Source: an uncultured Gammaproteobacteria bacterium (GTDB lineage: Bacteria; Patescibacteriota; Patescibacteriia; Patescibacteriales; WJLG01). From it: DNA of 64,000 nt. This document shows positions 30,583 through 39,857 of this stretch, piece after piece; positions within the stretch are counted from its first letter, which is position 1; each line of letters starts with the position of its first letter. Below the pieces are notes generated by a model. It had not been told where the DNA came from. It was given only the letters and a program-made list of their open reading frames with translations, and did not search any database. Location of the stretch: contig CAZJPG010000002.1 of assembly GCA_964547855.1 (NCBI GenBank), forward strand, positions 41,797 to 105,796, read 5' to 3'. Both the position numbers and the translations under genes were made by a program.

Positions 30583-30963
30583 ATGATTTTAAGCATAGAC
30601 ACAATCGATAACGTCAATATTTTGCTAAAGCTTGAAGACGGCGGCAAAATTTTGGAAAGCAAGATTTCTGCCGAAAGAACGCAGGGCGAGAAATTGTTGC
30701 CTGCTATCAACAACCTTCTTAAGTCGGCTAAAAAGAGTCTTAAAGACCTAAAAGAGATAAAAGTAGCCGATACTGGCGGGAGTTTTACGTCTTTACGTAT
30801 CGGAGTGGCCACCGCCAACGCCTTGGCTTTTGCTCTTAATATACCTGTTATTGGTTTTTCGGGGCATAAAATAGAAAAAGACGGCTTAATTATAGTGGAA
30901 CCAGAATACGATAGGGAGCCTGATATAGGAAAACCTCGTAATTCAGTCAAAACTGTGGATTAA
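30583..30963 (+). CDS. tsaB: tRNA t6A37 threonylcarbamoyltransferase complex subunit TsaB (short form)
   Basis: The N-terminus MILSIDTIDNVNILLKLEDG...RIGVATANALAFALNIPVIGFS matches the TsaB/YeaZ N-domain. It is only 126 aa. Confidence 0.6.
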   Translation: MILSIDTIDNVNILLKLEDGGKILESKISAERTQGEKLLPAINNLLKSAKKSLKDLKEIKVADTGGSFTSLRIGVATANALAFALNIPVIGFSGHKIEKDGLIIVEPEYDREPDIGKPRNSVKTVD

Positions 30964-31000
30964 CTGTTTATAATAGTTTTCCACAATCACAATGATACAA

Positions 31001-31031
31001 AACAACGGTCAATGGCCGTTGTTTTATTTTT
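31001..31031 (+). terminator. Rho-independent terminator
   Basis: aacaacggtc, loop aat, ggccgttgtt, then ttatttttt. Confidence 0.55.
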
Positions 31032-31234
31032 TGCTAATTTAATTGATAATGCATCTTGTTTATGGCAGGGGATGGGAGTGGTTGACAGTGGGGGCTTGGT
31101 GGCGTATGATATAAGAGTATTGGTGAAAAGTGGGGAACTGAGGCACGATTCAAGTTATGGGCTTGAACAAGACCTTAGCCCACTTTTGCGAGAAGAAGAT
31201 TAATTATCGATCATCTTTTGGCAAAAGCGGGTAT

Positions 31235-31666
31235 ATGTTTATAGGCGAATATCAACACAATTTAGACAACAAAGGCCGCTTGGCTGTTCCAGCTAAGTTT
31301 CGCCAACTGTTAGAAGAGGGGGCAGTGGTTACCAAAGGCTTGGATAACTGTCTCTTTTTATATCCGAAGAATAAGTGGGAGGAAATGGCCAATAAGTTCG
31401 CCAATCTGCCTATAAGCCAAGCTAAAGCTCGTGCTTTTGCCAGACACATGTTGGCTGGGGCGATGCCAGTCGAGTTCGATAGTCAGGGTCGTATAACTTT
31501 GCCGGAGTATTTACGCAAATTCGCTGATTTAGCCAAAGAGACCATAATCGCTGGTTTATTCGATCGTTTGGAAATTTGGAATGAGAATAATTGGAATAAA
31601 TATAAAGAAGCTACTGAAAAGGATTCTGGAGATATCGCTGAAGCCTTGGGTGAATTAGGAGTTTGA
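31235..31666 (+). CDS. mraZ: Transcriptional regulator MraZ
   Basis: Starts MFIGEYQHNLDNKGRLAVPAKFR. The duplicated MraZ fold is present, with a second DSQGRITLP motif. I use the internal Met at 31235 rather than the track start. Confidence 0.85.
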   Translation: MFIGEYQHNLDNKGRLAVPAKFRQLLEEGAVVTKGLDNCLFLYPKNKWEEMANKFANLPISQAKARAFARHMLAGAMPVEFDSQGRITLPEYLRKFADLAKETIIAGLFDRLEIWNENNWNKYKEATEKDSGDIAEALGELGV

Positions 31667-31692
31667 TCTTTCTTAGTTTGAGAATGGAATTT

Positions 31693-31890
31693 TGAAATTT
31701 GAATTTGGAAACGAAGGTCGTTGCTAGGTTTTTCACTGCTGACAATGGCTTTTGAGGAGGCCCCGTCTCTTTCCCTTCCTTGGATAAGAAGGGCTCCAAA
31801 TTCAAATTCAGGATTTCATCGCAAAGAGTCTGTCTGATAAGCCCGTAATTTTTTTCTTTCGCCACGAAAGAGGCTTATCAGACAGACTCT
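31693..31890. repeat. Nested inverted-repeat structured element in the mraZ-rsmH spacer
   Basis: The outer imperfect inverted repeat is tgaaatttgaatttgg and ccaaattcaaattca. It is followed by a perfect 19-bp inverted repeat agagtctgtctgataagcc and ggcttatcagacagactct separated by 28 nt. Confidence 0.55.
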
Positions 31891-31948
31891 AGGGAAGTGG
31901 GCCGCACGAGGAGGCGGCTTCACTTCTCAGAAGTTAATCTATTTCTTT

Positions 31949-32878
31949 ATGGAATACGCCCATATACCAGTCATGCTGGATGAGGCCTTGGATTTTGTTG
32001 GCCTAAAACAGGGAGGGCGTTATATAGACTGCACTTTAGGCGGAGGTGGATACACATCTCATATTTCTAAAGCGGTCGGAGATAATGGAGTCGTAGTAGC
32101 CTTTGATTTAGATGAAAAGGCTATAGAGAACACAAAATCCAAAAATTTATCCAATGTTATTTTGATAAATGATAGTTTTGCCAACCTTAGAGAGGGAGTT
32201 GCTGGTGTTTTAGGTAGTGATGTGAAATTTGATGGCATAGTTATGGACCTTGGTCTATCTTCGGCTCAGATCGATGATCCAGATAGGGGATTTTCCTTTA
32301 AGTTCGACTCTTCTTTGGACATGTCATTCTCAGGTGATTCGCAAAAGACCGATAAGATAGTTAATTCTTATAGTCAGGATAGATTAAAAGAGATAATAAA
32401 AGAATACGGTGAAGAGAGGTTCGCTGGGCAGATAGCTAAAAAAATAGCTGATGCCAGAAGAGGTAAGAACATAAGCACGGCTAAAGAATTGGCCGATATA
32501 GTAGTTTCTGCCATTCCTGAAAGGTTTAGGCACGGTCGTGTTCATCCGGCCACCAAGACCTTCCAGGCGCTAAGAATGGAGACTAATAGCGAGGTGGAGG
32601 CTCTTAAGGCTGTTTTGCCGCAAGCCGTTTCAATGTTGGCTGCCGGTGGCAGGTTGGTAGTAGTTTCATTTCATAGTATAGAAGATAGGATAGTTAAGGA
32701 TTTTTTCAAACAAGAGAGTCGTGATTGTCTGTGTCCGCCAGAATTACCGATATGTCGCTGTGGACACAAAGCCAGTCTTTCCGTCATCACCAAAAAACCG
32801 GTGTTGCCAAAGGAAGAGGAGGTTGGATCTAATCCGCGTTCCCGTAGCGCCAAGCTGCGAGCGGCGGAAAGGATCTAA
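31949..32878 (+). CDS. rsmH: 16S rRNA (cytosine1402-N4)-methyltransferase
   Basis: The N-terminus HIPVMLDEALDFVGLKQGGRYIDCTLGGGGY is RsmH-like, and the gene follows mraZ. Confidence 0.9.
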   Translation: MEYAHIPVMLDEALDFVGLKQGGRYIDCTLGGGGYTSHISKAVGDNGVVVAFDLDEKAIENTKSKNLSNVILINDSFANLREGVAGVLGSDVKFDGIVMDLGLSSAQIDDPDRGFSFKFDSSLDMSFSGDSQKTDKIVNSYSQDRLKEIIKEYGEERFAGQIAKKIADARRGKNISTAKELADIVVSAIPERFRHGRVHPATKTFQALRMETNSEVEALKAVLPQAVSMLAAGGRLVVVSFHSIEDRIVKDFFKQESRDCLCPPELPICRCGHKASLSVITKKPVLPKEEEVGSNPRSRSAKLRAAERI

Positions 32879-32916
32879 ACCGCAAAAAAACAAAAAGAAA
32901 AACAAAAATATAAATT

Positions 32917-33258
32917 ATGACCGAAAGGATAGAGGGTGTCTATTCGGCTCCTATGATGGATCGCCCAACAAGGACAATTAGCCTGCGCTTTGTCAACAAG
33001 ATTTTTATGATTTTGTTGCTCGTTAGCGGTGTTTACTATATAACGACGATCAATGATTTGGTCGTTAAAGGTTTTGTCTTGCAGGATTTAAAGGCTAAAG
33101 TGGAGGTGCTTAGAGATGATAATAGAACCATGGACGCCCGCGCTGTAGCCCTTAAATCTTGTAACGATCTTTCTTCTCGCATCGATGGTTTGGGGATGGT
33201 GACAGCTGATAAGATCGAGTATATAAAAGTCGGAAAAGGCATCCTGGCCGCCAAATAA
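32917..33258 (+). CDS. ftsL: Cell division protein FtsL-like
   Basis: Small bitopic protein with TM helix FMILLLVSGVYYITTI and a coiled-coil region, in the rsmH-ftsI position. Confidence 0.5.
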   Translation: MTERIEGVYSAPMMDRPTRTISLRFVNKIFMILLLVSGVYYITTINDLVVKGFVLQDLKAKVEVLRDDNRTMDARAVALKSCNDLSSRIDGLGMVTADKIEYIKVGKGILAAK

Positions 33259-33304
33259 CGTCCAGGTTTTTTGAAATTATGCGATAAAACAAGGAGATAA
33301 AAAT

Positions 33305-35368
33305 ATGGTTCCTTACGGTAGGAAAGAAAGAAAAACGGATGGTGGCAATCGCATAAGGATACTGATTGCGATTGTTTTTTTATTGGGGTCTTTTTTGTTG
33401 GTCAAACTTTACGGTTTGCAGGTTTTGCGTTATCAATTTTATTCCACTAGGGCTCAAAATCAGCATGAGTGGGAGGGTGAATTGCAACCAGAGCGAGGAG
33501 AGATATTCTTAGCTGGTCCAAAGGGTGGACAGGCACTTTATCCTTTTGCCGCCAATAAGGATTATTATTTAGTTTTTGCCATACCAGTGGATATTTCCAA
33601 TGGTGAGGAATCGCAAAAAATAGCCGATTCACTGTTCAAAATATTTGACCAGTCGCAGGCCATGACAGAAGTCGATGAATATTTCAAACAGAAAGACGAG
33701 GATGACTTGGCCTATGAGCTTTCTTTCGCTCAAAAATTGCCGGCCGAGGAAAGGGCTGTTAAAGAGGCTGAAATAAAGAAGCATTGGCAGGCCTTGAGGA
33801 GCGATAAGACTTGGCAAAAAGTTAGGCAAGTAGACAAGGAAGAGGAGTTAGAAAAGAAAAAGAAGGTTAAAGAGGTCGACTATTTCGCCAAGTTAAATAA
33901 GGAGGGTGATCCATATGAACCGATAAGAAAAAAAACTAGCGGTGAAGAGTTGATGGAGCTTTATTCGCTTTTGACCGATGGAACGCCAACGACCTCCATG
34001 GAGATAAAGAATGGCAAGGTTTGGAAGAAGGGGGATGACGATAAAGATGTGGAGGTTCGACCAAAGGGCATTTATCATTCAGTTGAAAAATATCGTTATT
34101 ATCCAGAAAAGAACATTGGTTCACAGATCCTTGGCTTTGTTAGATTGGACAACGAGACCAATAGAGGTTTTTATGGATTAGAAGGATTTTTCGATAAGGA
34201 GCTAGCAGGAAAGACTGGCTACATGAAGTCTGAACTGGCGGCTCGCAGAGACATACCAATATTGAACGGTCAGGAGTATGAAAGACCAAAAGATGGAACA
34301 GATCTTATTTTAACTATCGACCGCTCCATTGAATTTTATGCTTGCCAAAAACTTAAAGAGACAATAGACTTTCAGGAGGCTGAAAGCGGCCAAGTGATAG
34401 CTATGGACCCTAAGACGGGCGAGATCATTGCTATGTGTTCATGGCCAGATTTCGATCCTAATGATTACAGCAAGGCAGATGATATGATGGTCTTTAATAA
34501 TCCGGCTGTATTTGAGCAATATGAACCAGGTTCGGTCTTTAAAGCCATAACTATGGCTTCGGCCTTGGATGCTGGTAAGGTTCAAGTCAATACCATTTAT
34601 AAAGATGAAGGTTTCGTTAAAAAGAAGGCCTGGGATAGTCCAGTAAGAAATTCAGATTATTATTCTAAAGGAGGTCATGGCTGGGTCGATATGACGACTG
34701 TTTTGGAGTTGTCTTTGAATACTGGCGCGATTTTTGTCAGGGAGCAGTTGGGGGACAAAGATTTTGTGGATTATGTCAGAAATTTTGGTTTCGGCGAGAA
34801 GACCGGGATCGAGCTTGAAGGTGAGGCGCCTGGCAATATATCTAACCTTATATCCGCTAGACCAAGAGAGATAGACCTTGATATGGCCTCGTTCGGCCAA
34901 GCCGTAACAGTCACTCCTTTGCAGATGATCATGTCTTATGGCGCTTTGGCCAATGGAGGTATTTTAATGAAGCCGTTCATAGTCAAGCAAATGATCCATG
35001 AAGATGGTTCAGTCGAAAATATCGGTCCAAGAGAGGTTAGACGGGTCATTTCTGATAAGGCGGCCAATATGACTTTGGGGATGTTGGTAAGGGTGGTTGA
35101 GGATGGTCATGCTAAGAAAGCTCAGATCGATGGTTTTTATGTCGCCGGAAAGACCGGCACTGCTCAGATACCGGATAAGAGTGGGTATAGCGATGAGACG
35201 ATCCATACTTTTATTGGTATAGCCCCAGCCGATGACCCACGTTTCGTCATGCTCACTAAAGTGAACAAACCTAAAAAGTCAGAATTCGCTGAAGGTTCGG
35301 TGGTGCCATTATGGAGAGATATAGCGGATTTTATGCTTAGATATTATCAAGTACCGAAAGACAGATGA
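33305..35368 (+). CDS. ftsI: Penicillin-binding protein 2/3 family transpeptidase (FtsI-like)
   Basis: N-terminal TM anchor, then SVFK (SxxK), SLN (SxN) and KTGT (KTG) motifs. A large charged insertion sits in the N-terminal module. Confidence 0.85.
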   Translation: MVPYGRKERKTDGGNRIRILIAIVFLLGSFLLVKLYGLQVLRYQFYSTRAQNQHEWEGELQPERGEIFLAGPKGGQALYPFAANKDYYLVFAIPVDISNGEESQKIADSLFKIFDQSQAMTEVDEYFKQKDEDDLAYELSFAQKLPAEERAVKEAEIKKHWQALRSDKTWQKVRQVDKEEELEKKKKVKEVDYFAKLNKEGDPYEPIRKKTSGEELMELYSLLTDGTPTTSMEIKNGKVWKKGDDDKDVEVRPKGIYHSVEKYRYYPEKNIGSQILGFVRLDNETNRGFYGLEGFFDKELAGKTGYMKSELAARRDIPILNGQEYERPKDGTDLILTIDRSIEFYACQKLKETIDFQEAESGQVIAMDPKTGEIIAMCSWPDFDPNDYSKADDMMVFNNPAVFEQYEPGSVFKAITMASALDAGKVQVNTIYKDEGFVKKKAWDSPVRNSDYYSKGGHGWVDMTTVLELSLNTGAIFVREQLGDKDFVDYVRNFGFGEKTGIELEGEAPGNISNLISARPREIDLDMASFGQAVTVTPLQMIMSYGALANGGILMKPFIVKQMIHEDGSVENIGPREVRRVISDKAANMTLGMLVRVVEDGHAKKAQIDGFYVAGKTGTAQIPDKSGYSDETIHTFIGIAPADDPRFVMLTKVNKPKKSEFAEGSVVPLWRDIADFMLRYYQVPKDR

Positions 35369-35404
35369 CCTTAAATACAGTTTTTATTTTTCAAAATCAA
35401 TTAT

Positions 35405-36703
35405 ATGTTTAAAAAGATAGTCGCCATAAAACTTAAGTTTTTTTCTAAGGCCATTTTGGCGAAACACAAGCCTAAAGTCGTTGGTATAACCGGTTCTGTA
35501 GGAAAGACCAGTGCCAAAGATGCGTCTTTGGCTGTTTTGGAGTCTAAATTTGCGGCCAAGGCCAGTATCAAGAATTATAATAATGAATTCGGATTGCCAT
35601 TATCTATAATAGGTTGTGATTCTCCGGGAAAGAATATAATTGGCTGGATAAGGGTTTTCGCCAAGGCCGCCATTTTAGCTTGGGGTAAAGTCAAAGATTA
35701 TCCTAAGGTACTGGTTTTGGAAATGGGTGTCGATAAGGTCGGAGATATGGATTTTTTAAATAGCATCGTGTCTTGCGACGTAGGGCTTGTCACGACGATC
35801 GGTGCCTCTCATCTTGAGCAATTCGGATCCGTGGACAAAATTCAGAAAGAGAAGTCTAAGATGATAGCCAATATCAATAAGGGTGGATGGGCCATATTTA
35901 ATTATGATGACGAGAGAACTCGTTCGATGGCTAAATCGAGCAAGGTCAAAGTTATGACATACGGATTTTCCGAAGGAGCCGACCTTAGCGCTGGTAACGT
36001 TATATTTAAATTCGAAGAGAAAGGAGTGTCTTCCAGCTTGGCCGGCGTATCATTTAAAATGAGTTACGGAGGTTCTGTGGTCCCAGTCGTCTTGCCGAAT
36101 GTCATTGGTACGGCTGCGGTCTATGCCGCTTTGGCCGGTGCCGCCACCGGAATCGCCCTGGGTATGAACTTGGTCGACGTGGCTACTGCTTTGGCTAAAT
36201 TCGACTCGCCAAAAGGTAGGATGAAATTGATCGATGGGATCAAAGGCACTATGATAATAGATGATACTTATAACGCATCTCCACAGTCTTGTCTTGCTGC
36301 CATTGAATTTGTCGGCAGAATAAAGTCGGAGGACGGAGCTTCTAAGGTCGCCGTGCTTGGTGATATGTTAGAACTTGGTTCTTTAAGCGAAGAGGCGCAT
36401 AGAGAAGTGGGGCAAGCATTGGCCAAAGCTAGTTTCGACTTAGTGATAACTTGCGGTTCAAGGTCGCGCGATATCGGACATGGTGCTAAGGACGCTGGCA
36501 TGGCCGAAGACGCCGTGTTCCATTTTCCGACTAACGCCGAAGCTGGCAGATTCGCCCAAGAAAGGATTAGAAAAGGTGATCTTATTCTTATTAAAGGATC
36601 GCAGGGCGCGAGAATGGAGAAAGTGGTAAAAGAGCTTATGGCCGATCCGTTGCACTCAACAGATCTTTTAGTCCGTCAGGGACCTGAATGGGAGAAAGGC
36701 TAA
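35405..36703 (+). CDS. murF: UDP-N-acetylmuramoyl-tripeptide--D-alanyl-D-alanine ligase
   Basis: Mur ligase P-loop GITGSVGKTS and YNNEFGLPLS. At 432 aa, located after ftsI. Confidence 0.75.
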   Translation: MFKKIVAIKLKFFSKAILAKHKPKVVGITGSVGKTSAKDASLAVLESKFAAKASIKNYNNEFGLPLSIIGCDSPGKNIIGWIRVFAKAAILAWGKVKDYPKVLVLEMGVDKVGDMDFLNSIVSCDVGLVTTIGASHLEQFGSVDKIQKEKSKMIANINKGGWAIFNYDDERTRSMAKSSKVKVMTYGFSEGADLSAGNVIFKFEEKGVSSSLAGVSFKMSYGGSVVPVVLPNVIGTAAVYAALAGAATGIALGMNLVDVATALAKFDSPKGRMKLIDGIKGTMIIDDTYNASPQSCLAAIEFVGRIKSEDGASKVAVLGDMLELGSLSEEAHREVGQALAKASFDLVITCGSRSRDIGHGAKDAGMAEDAVFHFPTNAEAGRFAQERIRKGDLILIKGSQGARMEKVVKELMADPLHSTDLLVRQGPEWEKG

Positions 36704-36740
36704 CTTTACAAATAAGCTATTGTAGTATAGGCTTAATTGA

Positions 36741-37466
36741 ATGAGAGGAATAATACTTTCGGGCGGTCTTGGGACTCGTTTGAGACCGCTTACAAAAATA
36801 ACTTCCAAACAACTTTTACCGGTTTATGATCGGCCGATGATTTATTATCCTTTAAATACGCTTTTAAAGGCTGGTATAAAAGATATATTGATAATAGTCG
36901 CTCCGCAGTATGCCGGTGATTATTTGAACTTGCTCGGTTCTGGCAAGGAATTCGGTGCCAGATTCACTTATGAGGTCCAAGAGGAACCTCGCGGTTTGGC
37001 CGATGCTTTTATCATTGGTGAGAATTTTATCGATGGCGAAGACGTGGTCATGGTTTTGGGCGATAATATAATAGAGGACGACGTATCCGAGGATATAAAG
37101 AATTTTAAGGGCGGAGCCAGAGTCTTTGCTAAAAAAGTTCCTGATCCGGAAAGGTTCGGGGTGGTTCGTTTCGATGATACTGGTAAACCGGTCGAGATAG
37201 TGGAGAAGCCAAAAGAGAAAATAAGCGACAGCGCTTTGATCGGTCTCTATATTTATGACGGGCGAGTCGTTGAAGTGGCTAAGAACGTCCAACCGAGCGA
37301 GCGCGGAGAGCTCGAGATAGTCGATTTGCATCGCTGGTATTTAGAACGTGGCGAATTGTCGGTCGCGGAGATAAAGGGCGAATGGGTGGACGCAGGAACA
37401 TTCGATAGCTTGCTTAAGGCTCAAGTATTTGCCAAAGAAAAACTGAAAGGCAAAATGATAATATGA
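36741..37466 (+). CDS. Sugar-phosphate nucleotidyltransferase (RmlA/glucose-1-phosphate thymidylyltransferase-like, short form)
   Basis: The N-terminus is GIILSGGLGTRLRPLTKITSKQLLPV. It overlaps the next gene by 4 nt (ATGA). Confidence 0.75.
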   Translation: MRGIILSGGLGTRLRPLTKITSKQLLPVYDRPMIYYPLNTLLKAGIKDILIIVAPQYAGDYLNLLGSGKEFGARFTYEVQEEPRGLADAFIIGENFIDGEDVVMVLGDNIIEDDVSEDIKNFKGGARVFAKKVPDPERFGVVRFDDTGKPVEIVEKPKEKISDSALIGLYIYDGRVVEVAKNVQPSERGELEIVDLHRWYLERGELSVAEIKGEWVDAGTFDSLLKAQVFAKEKLKGKMII

Positions 37467-38422
37467 ACGGGCAGGGTCCTAAAGTTTATATAGGGTTTAT
37501 AGTTTTTGGCGAGCAGACGGCTAAGTATCTGCCGCCATTTTTGGATTCTTTGAAAAAACAGACTTTTAGCAATATTAAGATATTGGCCTATAACAACGGC
37601 GACGATGGTGCTGGCAATTCTTTTTTTATAAAAAGAAGCGGTATCGAATTGACTGTTATGGGCGACGGTAAGAATGTTGGTTTTGCTGCGGCCTATAACT
37701 TAATGATCAAAGAGGCTGTCAAAGAAAAAGCCGATTATTTTTGGGTGACAAATCCTGACATGGTCTATAACTCCGATACTCTCGAGAGATTAGTTAGTCG
37801 AATGGAAGGTGACGCTGAATTGGGGTCGGTCTGTCCTAAATTGCTTAAATGGGAGTTCGGTAAAGATCATAGGACCGACATAGTCGATTCTTGTGGGATA
37901 GAGATGAAGGACGGCTTGCGCTTCTTTGATTTTGGGCAAGGAGAGCGTGATCGTTTCGATCTGCGCTATGGTAGTATCATCGGCCCGTCTGGTGCTTCTG
38001 GTTTGTATCGATTAGCCGCCCTGGAAAAGGTCAAGGAAGATGGAGATTATTTCGATGAGAATTTTTTCATGTACAAAGAGGATTGTGATTTAGACTACCG
38101 CTTGATGTTGGCTGAATGGGAGACGGCTTTAGTGCCGGAAGCGGTCGGGTGGCATGATCGCACCGCAGTTGGCGCCGGCAAGAACGATGTCGCGTCCATA
38201 AAGGCCCGTATCGGCAAGAGTCAAAAGGTTAGAGTTTGGTCAACGACCAATCAATTTAGGATATTCCTGAAATACTGGAAGCTACAAAAATTTAAGTCTA
38301 AGCTGGCTATAATAGCCTATTCTGCAAAAGTCCTTGTTTATTCCTTGATCTTTGAGCGTTCCTTGCTTAAGGAGCTTTTGGCCGTCTGGAAGGGGCGAAA
38401 TGTCCTGAGTAGATATGGTTAA
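37463..38422 (+). CDS. Glycosyltransferase family 2-like
   Basis: GT-A fold features are present (FIVFGEQTAKYLPPFLDSLKKQ and the acidic DCDLDYR). It is translationally coupled to the RmlA-like gene. Confidence 0.55.
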   Translation: MNGQGPKVYIGFIVFGEQTAKYLPPFLDSLKKQTFSNIKILAYNNGDDGAGNSFFIKRSGIELTVMGDGKNVGFAAAYNLMIKEAVKEKADYFWVTNPDMVYNSDTLERLVSRMEGDAELGSVCPKLLKWEFGKDHRTDIVDSCGIEMKDGLRFFDFGQGERDRFDLRYGSIIGPSGASGLYRLAALEKVKEDGDYFDENFFMYKEDCDLDYRLMLAEWETALVPEAVGWHDRTAVGAGKNDVASIKARIGKSQKVRVWSTTNQFRIFLKYWKLQKFKSKLAIIAYSAKVLVYSLIFERSLLKELLAVWKGRNVLSRYG

Positions 38423-38433
38423 ATTTGAATTAT

Positions 38434-38462
38434 TGACTTTTTTACGTTTTTTGTTTAATATA
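38434..38462 (+). promoter_or_regulatory. Sigma70-like promoter for rplU
   Basis: TTGACT, 17 nt, then TAATAT. Confidence 0.45.
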
Positions 38463-38512
38463 TAAGAAGCTTTAGACAAAGCCTTTTTTATTTATATAAA
38501 ATTACTAATATT

Positions 38513-38821
38513 ATGGCTAAAATAGCTGTTATCAAGACCGGAGGCAAACAGTATAAGGTTGCCGAGGGCGAAACTCTGAAAATCGAAAAATTAGACAAAG
38601 AGACTGGCGAAAAAGTTAAATTCGACACTCTTTTGATCTCTGATGGAAAGGCCATCAACATCGGCGCCCCATCTTTGGGCGAGAAGGTTGAGGCTGAGGT
38701 CATCAAGGAAGGCAAGGCCAAGAAGGTCTCTGTGATCAAATTCAAGAACAAGGTTAGATACCGCCGTAATGTTGGCCATCGCCAGCATTTCACCGAAGTC
38801 AAGATCACTTCAATCGCTTAA
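38513..38821 (+). CDS. rplU: 50S ribosomal protein L21
   Basis: Starts MAKIAVIKTGGKQYKVAEGE. Confidence 0.9.
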   Translation: MAKIAVIKTGGKQYKVAEGETLKIEKLDKETGEKVKFDTLLISDGKAINIGAPSLGEKVEAEVIKEGKAKKVSVIKFKNKVRYRRNVGHRQHFTEVKITSIA

Positions 38822-38828
38822 AATAAAA

Positions 38829-38860
38829 AACAGACCCTTTATCGGGGTCTGTTTTTTTTA
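38829..38860. terminator. Bidirectional terminator between rplU and recR
   Basis: acagaccc, loop tttatc, ggggtctgt, then ttttttt. Confidence 0.7.
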
Positions 38861-39454
38861 TATCTCGTTCCTATTTTTAAGCGCGTTGTTCAATGTTATT
38901 TCGTCCGCGTATTCGATGTCCGATCCCATCGGTAGACCACGGGCCAGACGAGTGACCCTTACTTTTTCGTTCTTTAGCAGCTTTGATAGGTATAAAGAGG
39001 TCGTCTCTCCTTCTAGTGTTGGCGAGAGGGCTAATATGACCTCCTTAGTGCCCCCAGAACGTATGCGTTTCACTAGGGCTGCGATATTGGTCTTATCGGC
39101 GTCTATGCCTTCCTGTGGCCTTAGGTTACGTCCTATGAGGAAGTAGAGGCCTTTATAGCGCCCAGTGGACTCGATGGCCAACATTTCTGGTTGAGTGGCC
39201 ACGACACAGAGAGTTGAGCGGTCGCGAGTCTCGTCGGCGCAGATCATACAAGGATTGCTTTCGGCTACCGATAGACAATGCGCACAGAGCTTTAGTTCTT
39301 TTTTTAGACTTATGACATCCCCAGCCAATTTAGCCAAAAACTCTTTTGGTTGTTTAAGCAAATAAAAAGCATAGCGTTGGGCCGTCTTTGGTCCAACGGT
39401 CGGAAGTTCTGAAAGGTCGTCGATCAAGTTTTGGATATTTTTTGGGAATTTCAT
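38858..39454 (-). CDS. recR: Recombination protein RecR
   Basis: C4 zinc finger LCAHCLSVAESNPCMIC, followed by a Toprim domain. Confidence 0.9.
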   Translation of the reverse strand: MKFPKNIQNLIDDLSELPTVGPKTAQRYAFYLLKQPKEFLAKLAGDVISLKKELKLCAHCLSVAESNPCMICADETRDRSTLCVVATQPEMLAIESTGRYKGLYFLIGRNLRPQEGIDADKTNIAALVKRIRSGGTKEVILALSPTLEGETTSLYLSKLLKNEKVRVTRLARGLPMGSDIEYADEITLNNALKNRNEI

Positions 39455-39484
39455 CGAAAATAATCAAAGTGGCTAACTTATCTT

Positions 39485-39796
39485 TTACCCAAGTCCAGGA
39501 AGTCCACCCATGGCGCGCATTTTCTCGGCCAAAACTTTTTGGGTTTTTTTGATCGAGTCGTTCATGGCGTCAGGTAGATTTTTCTCTAATTCTGCCTTGG
39601 TCATTTCTTTTTCTAAGACAACTTCTTTAACATTCATATTTCCGTCCATGGTGATTTTGATACCGTGGCGGTCAGAGATTATGGTCTCGCCTGATAGGGC
39701 ATTTTGAATTGTTTTAGCTTGATCTCTTAGATCCTTGATCTGCTTTAGTTTTTCGAACATGTTATTATTGGGAAAAATCAATTCATTATTGTCCAA
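39485..39796 (-). CDS. ybaB: Nucleoid-associated protein YbaB/EbfC
   Basis: FEKLKQIKDLRDQAKTIQNALSGETIISD...GNMNVKEV, and the gene is adjacent to recR as in many genomes. Confidence 0.8.
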   Translation of the reverse strand: MDNNELIFPNNNMFEKLKQIKDLRDQAKTIQNALSGETIISDRHGIKITMDGNMNVKEVVLEKEMTKAELEKNLPDAMNDSIKKTQKVLAEKMRAMGGLPGLG

Positions 39797-39857
39797 AGGG
39801 ACATGATAATTCTTTAATTTTTCTTCGCCGATCGGCGAATTTAATTTTTAATTTAAT

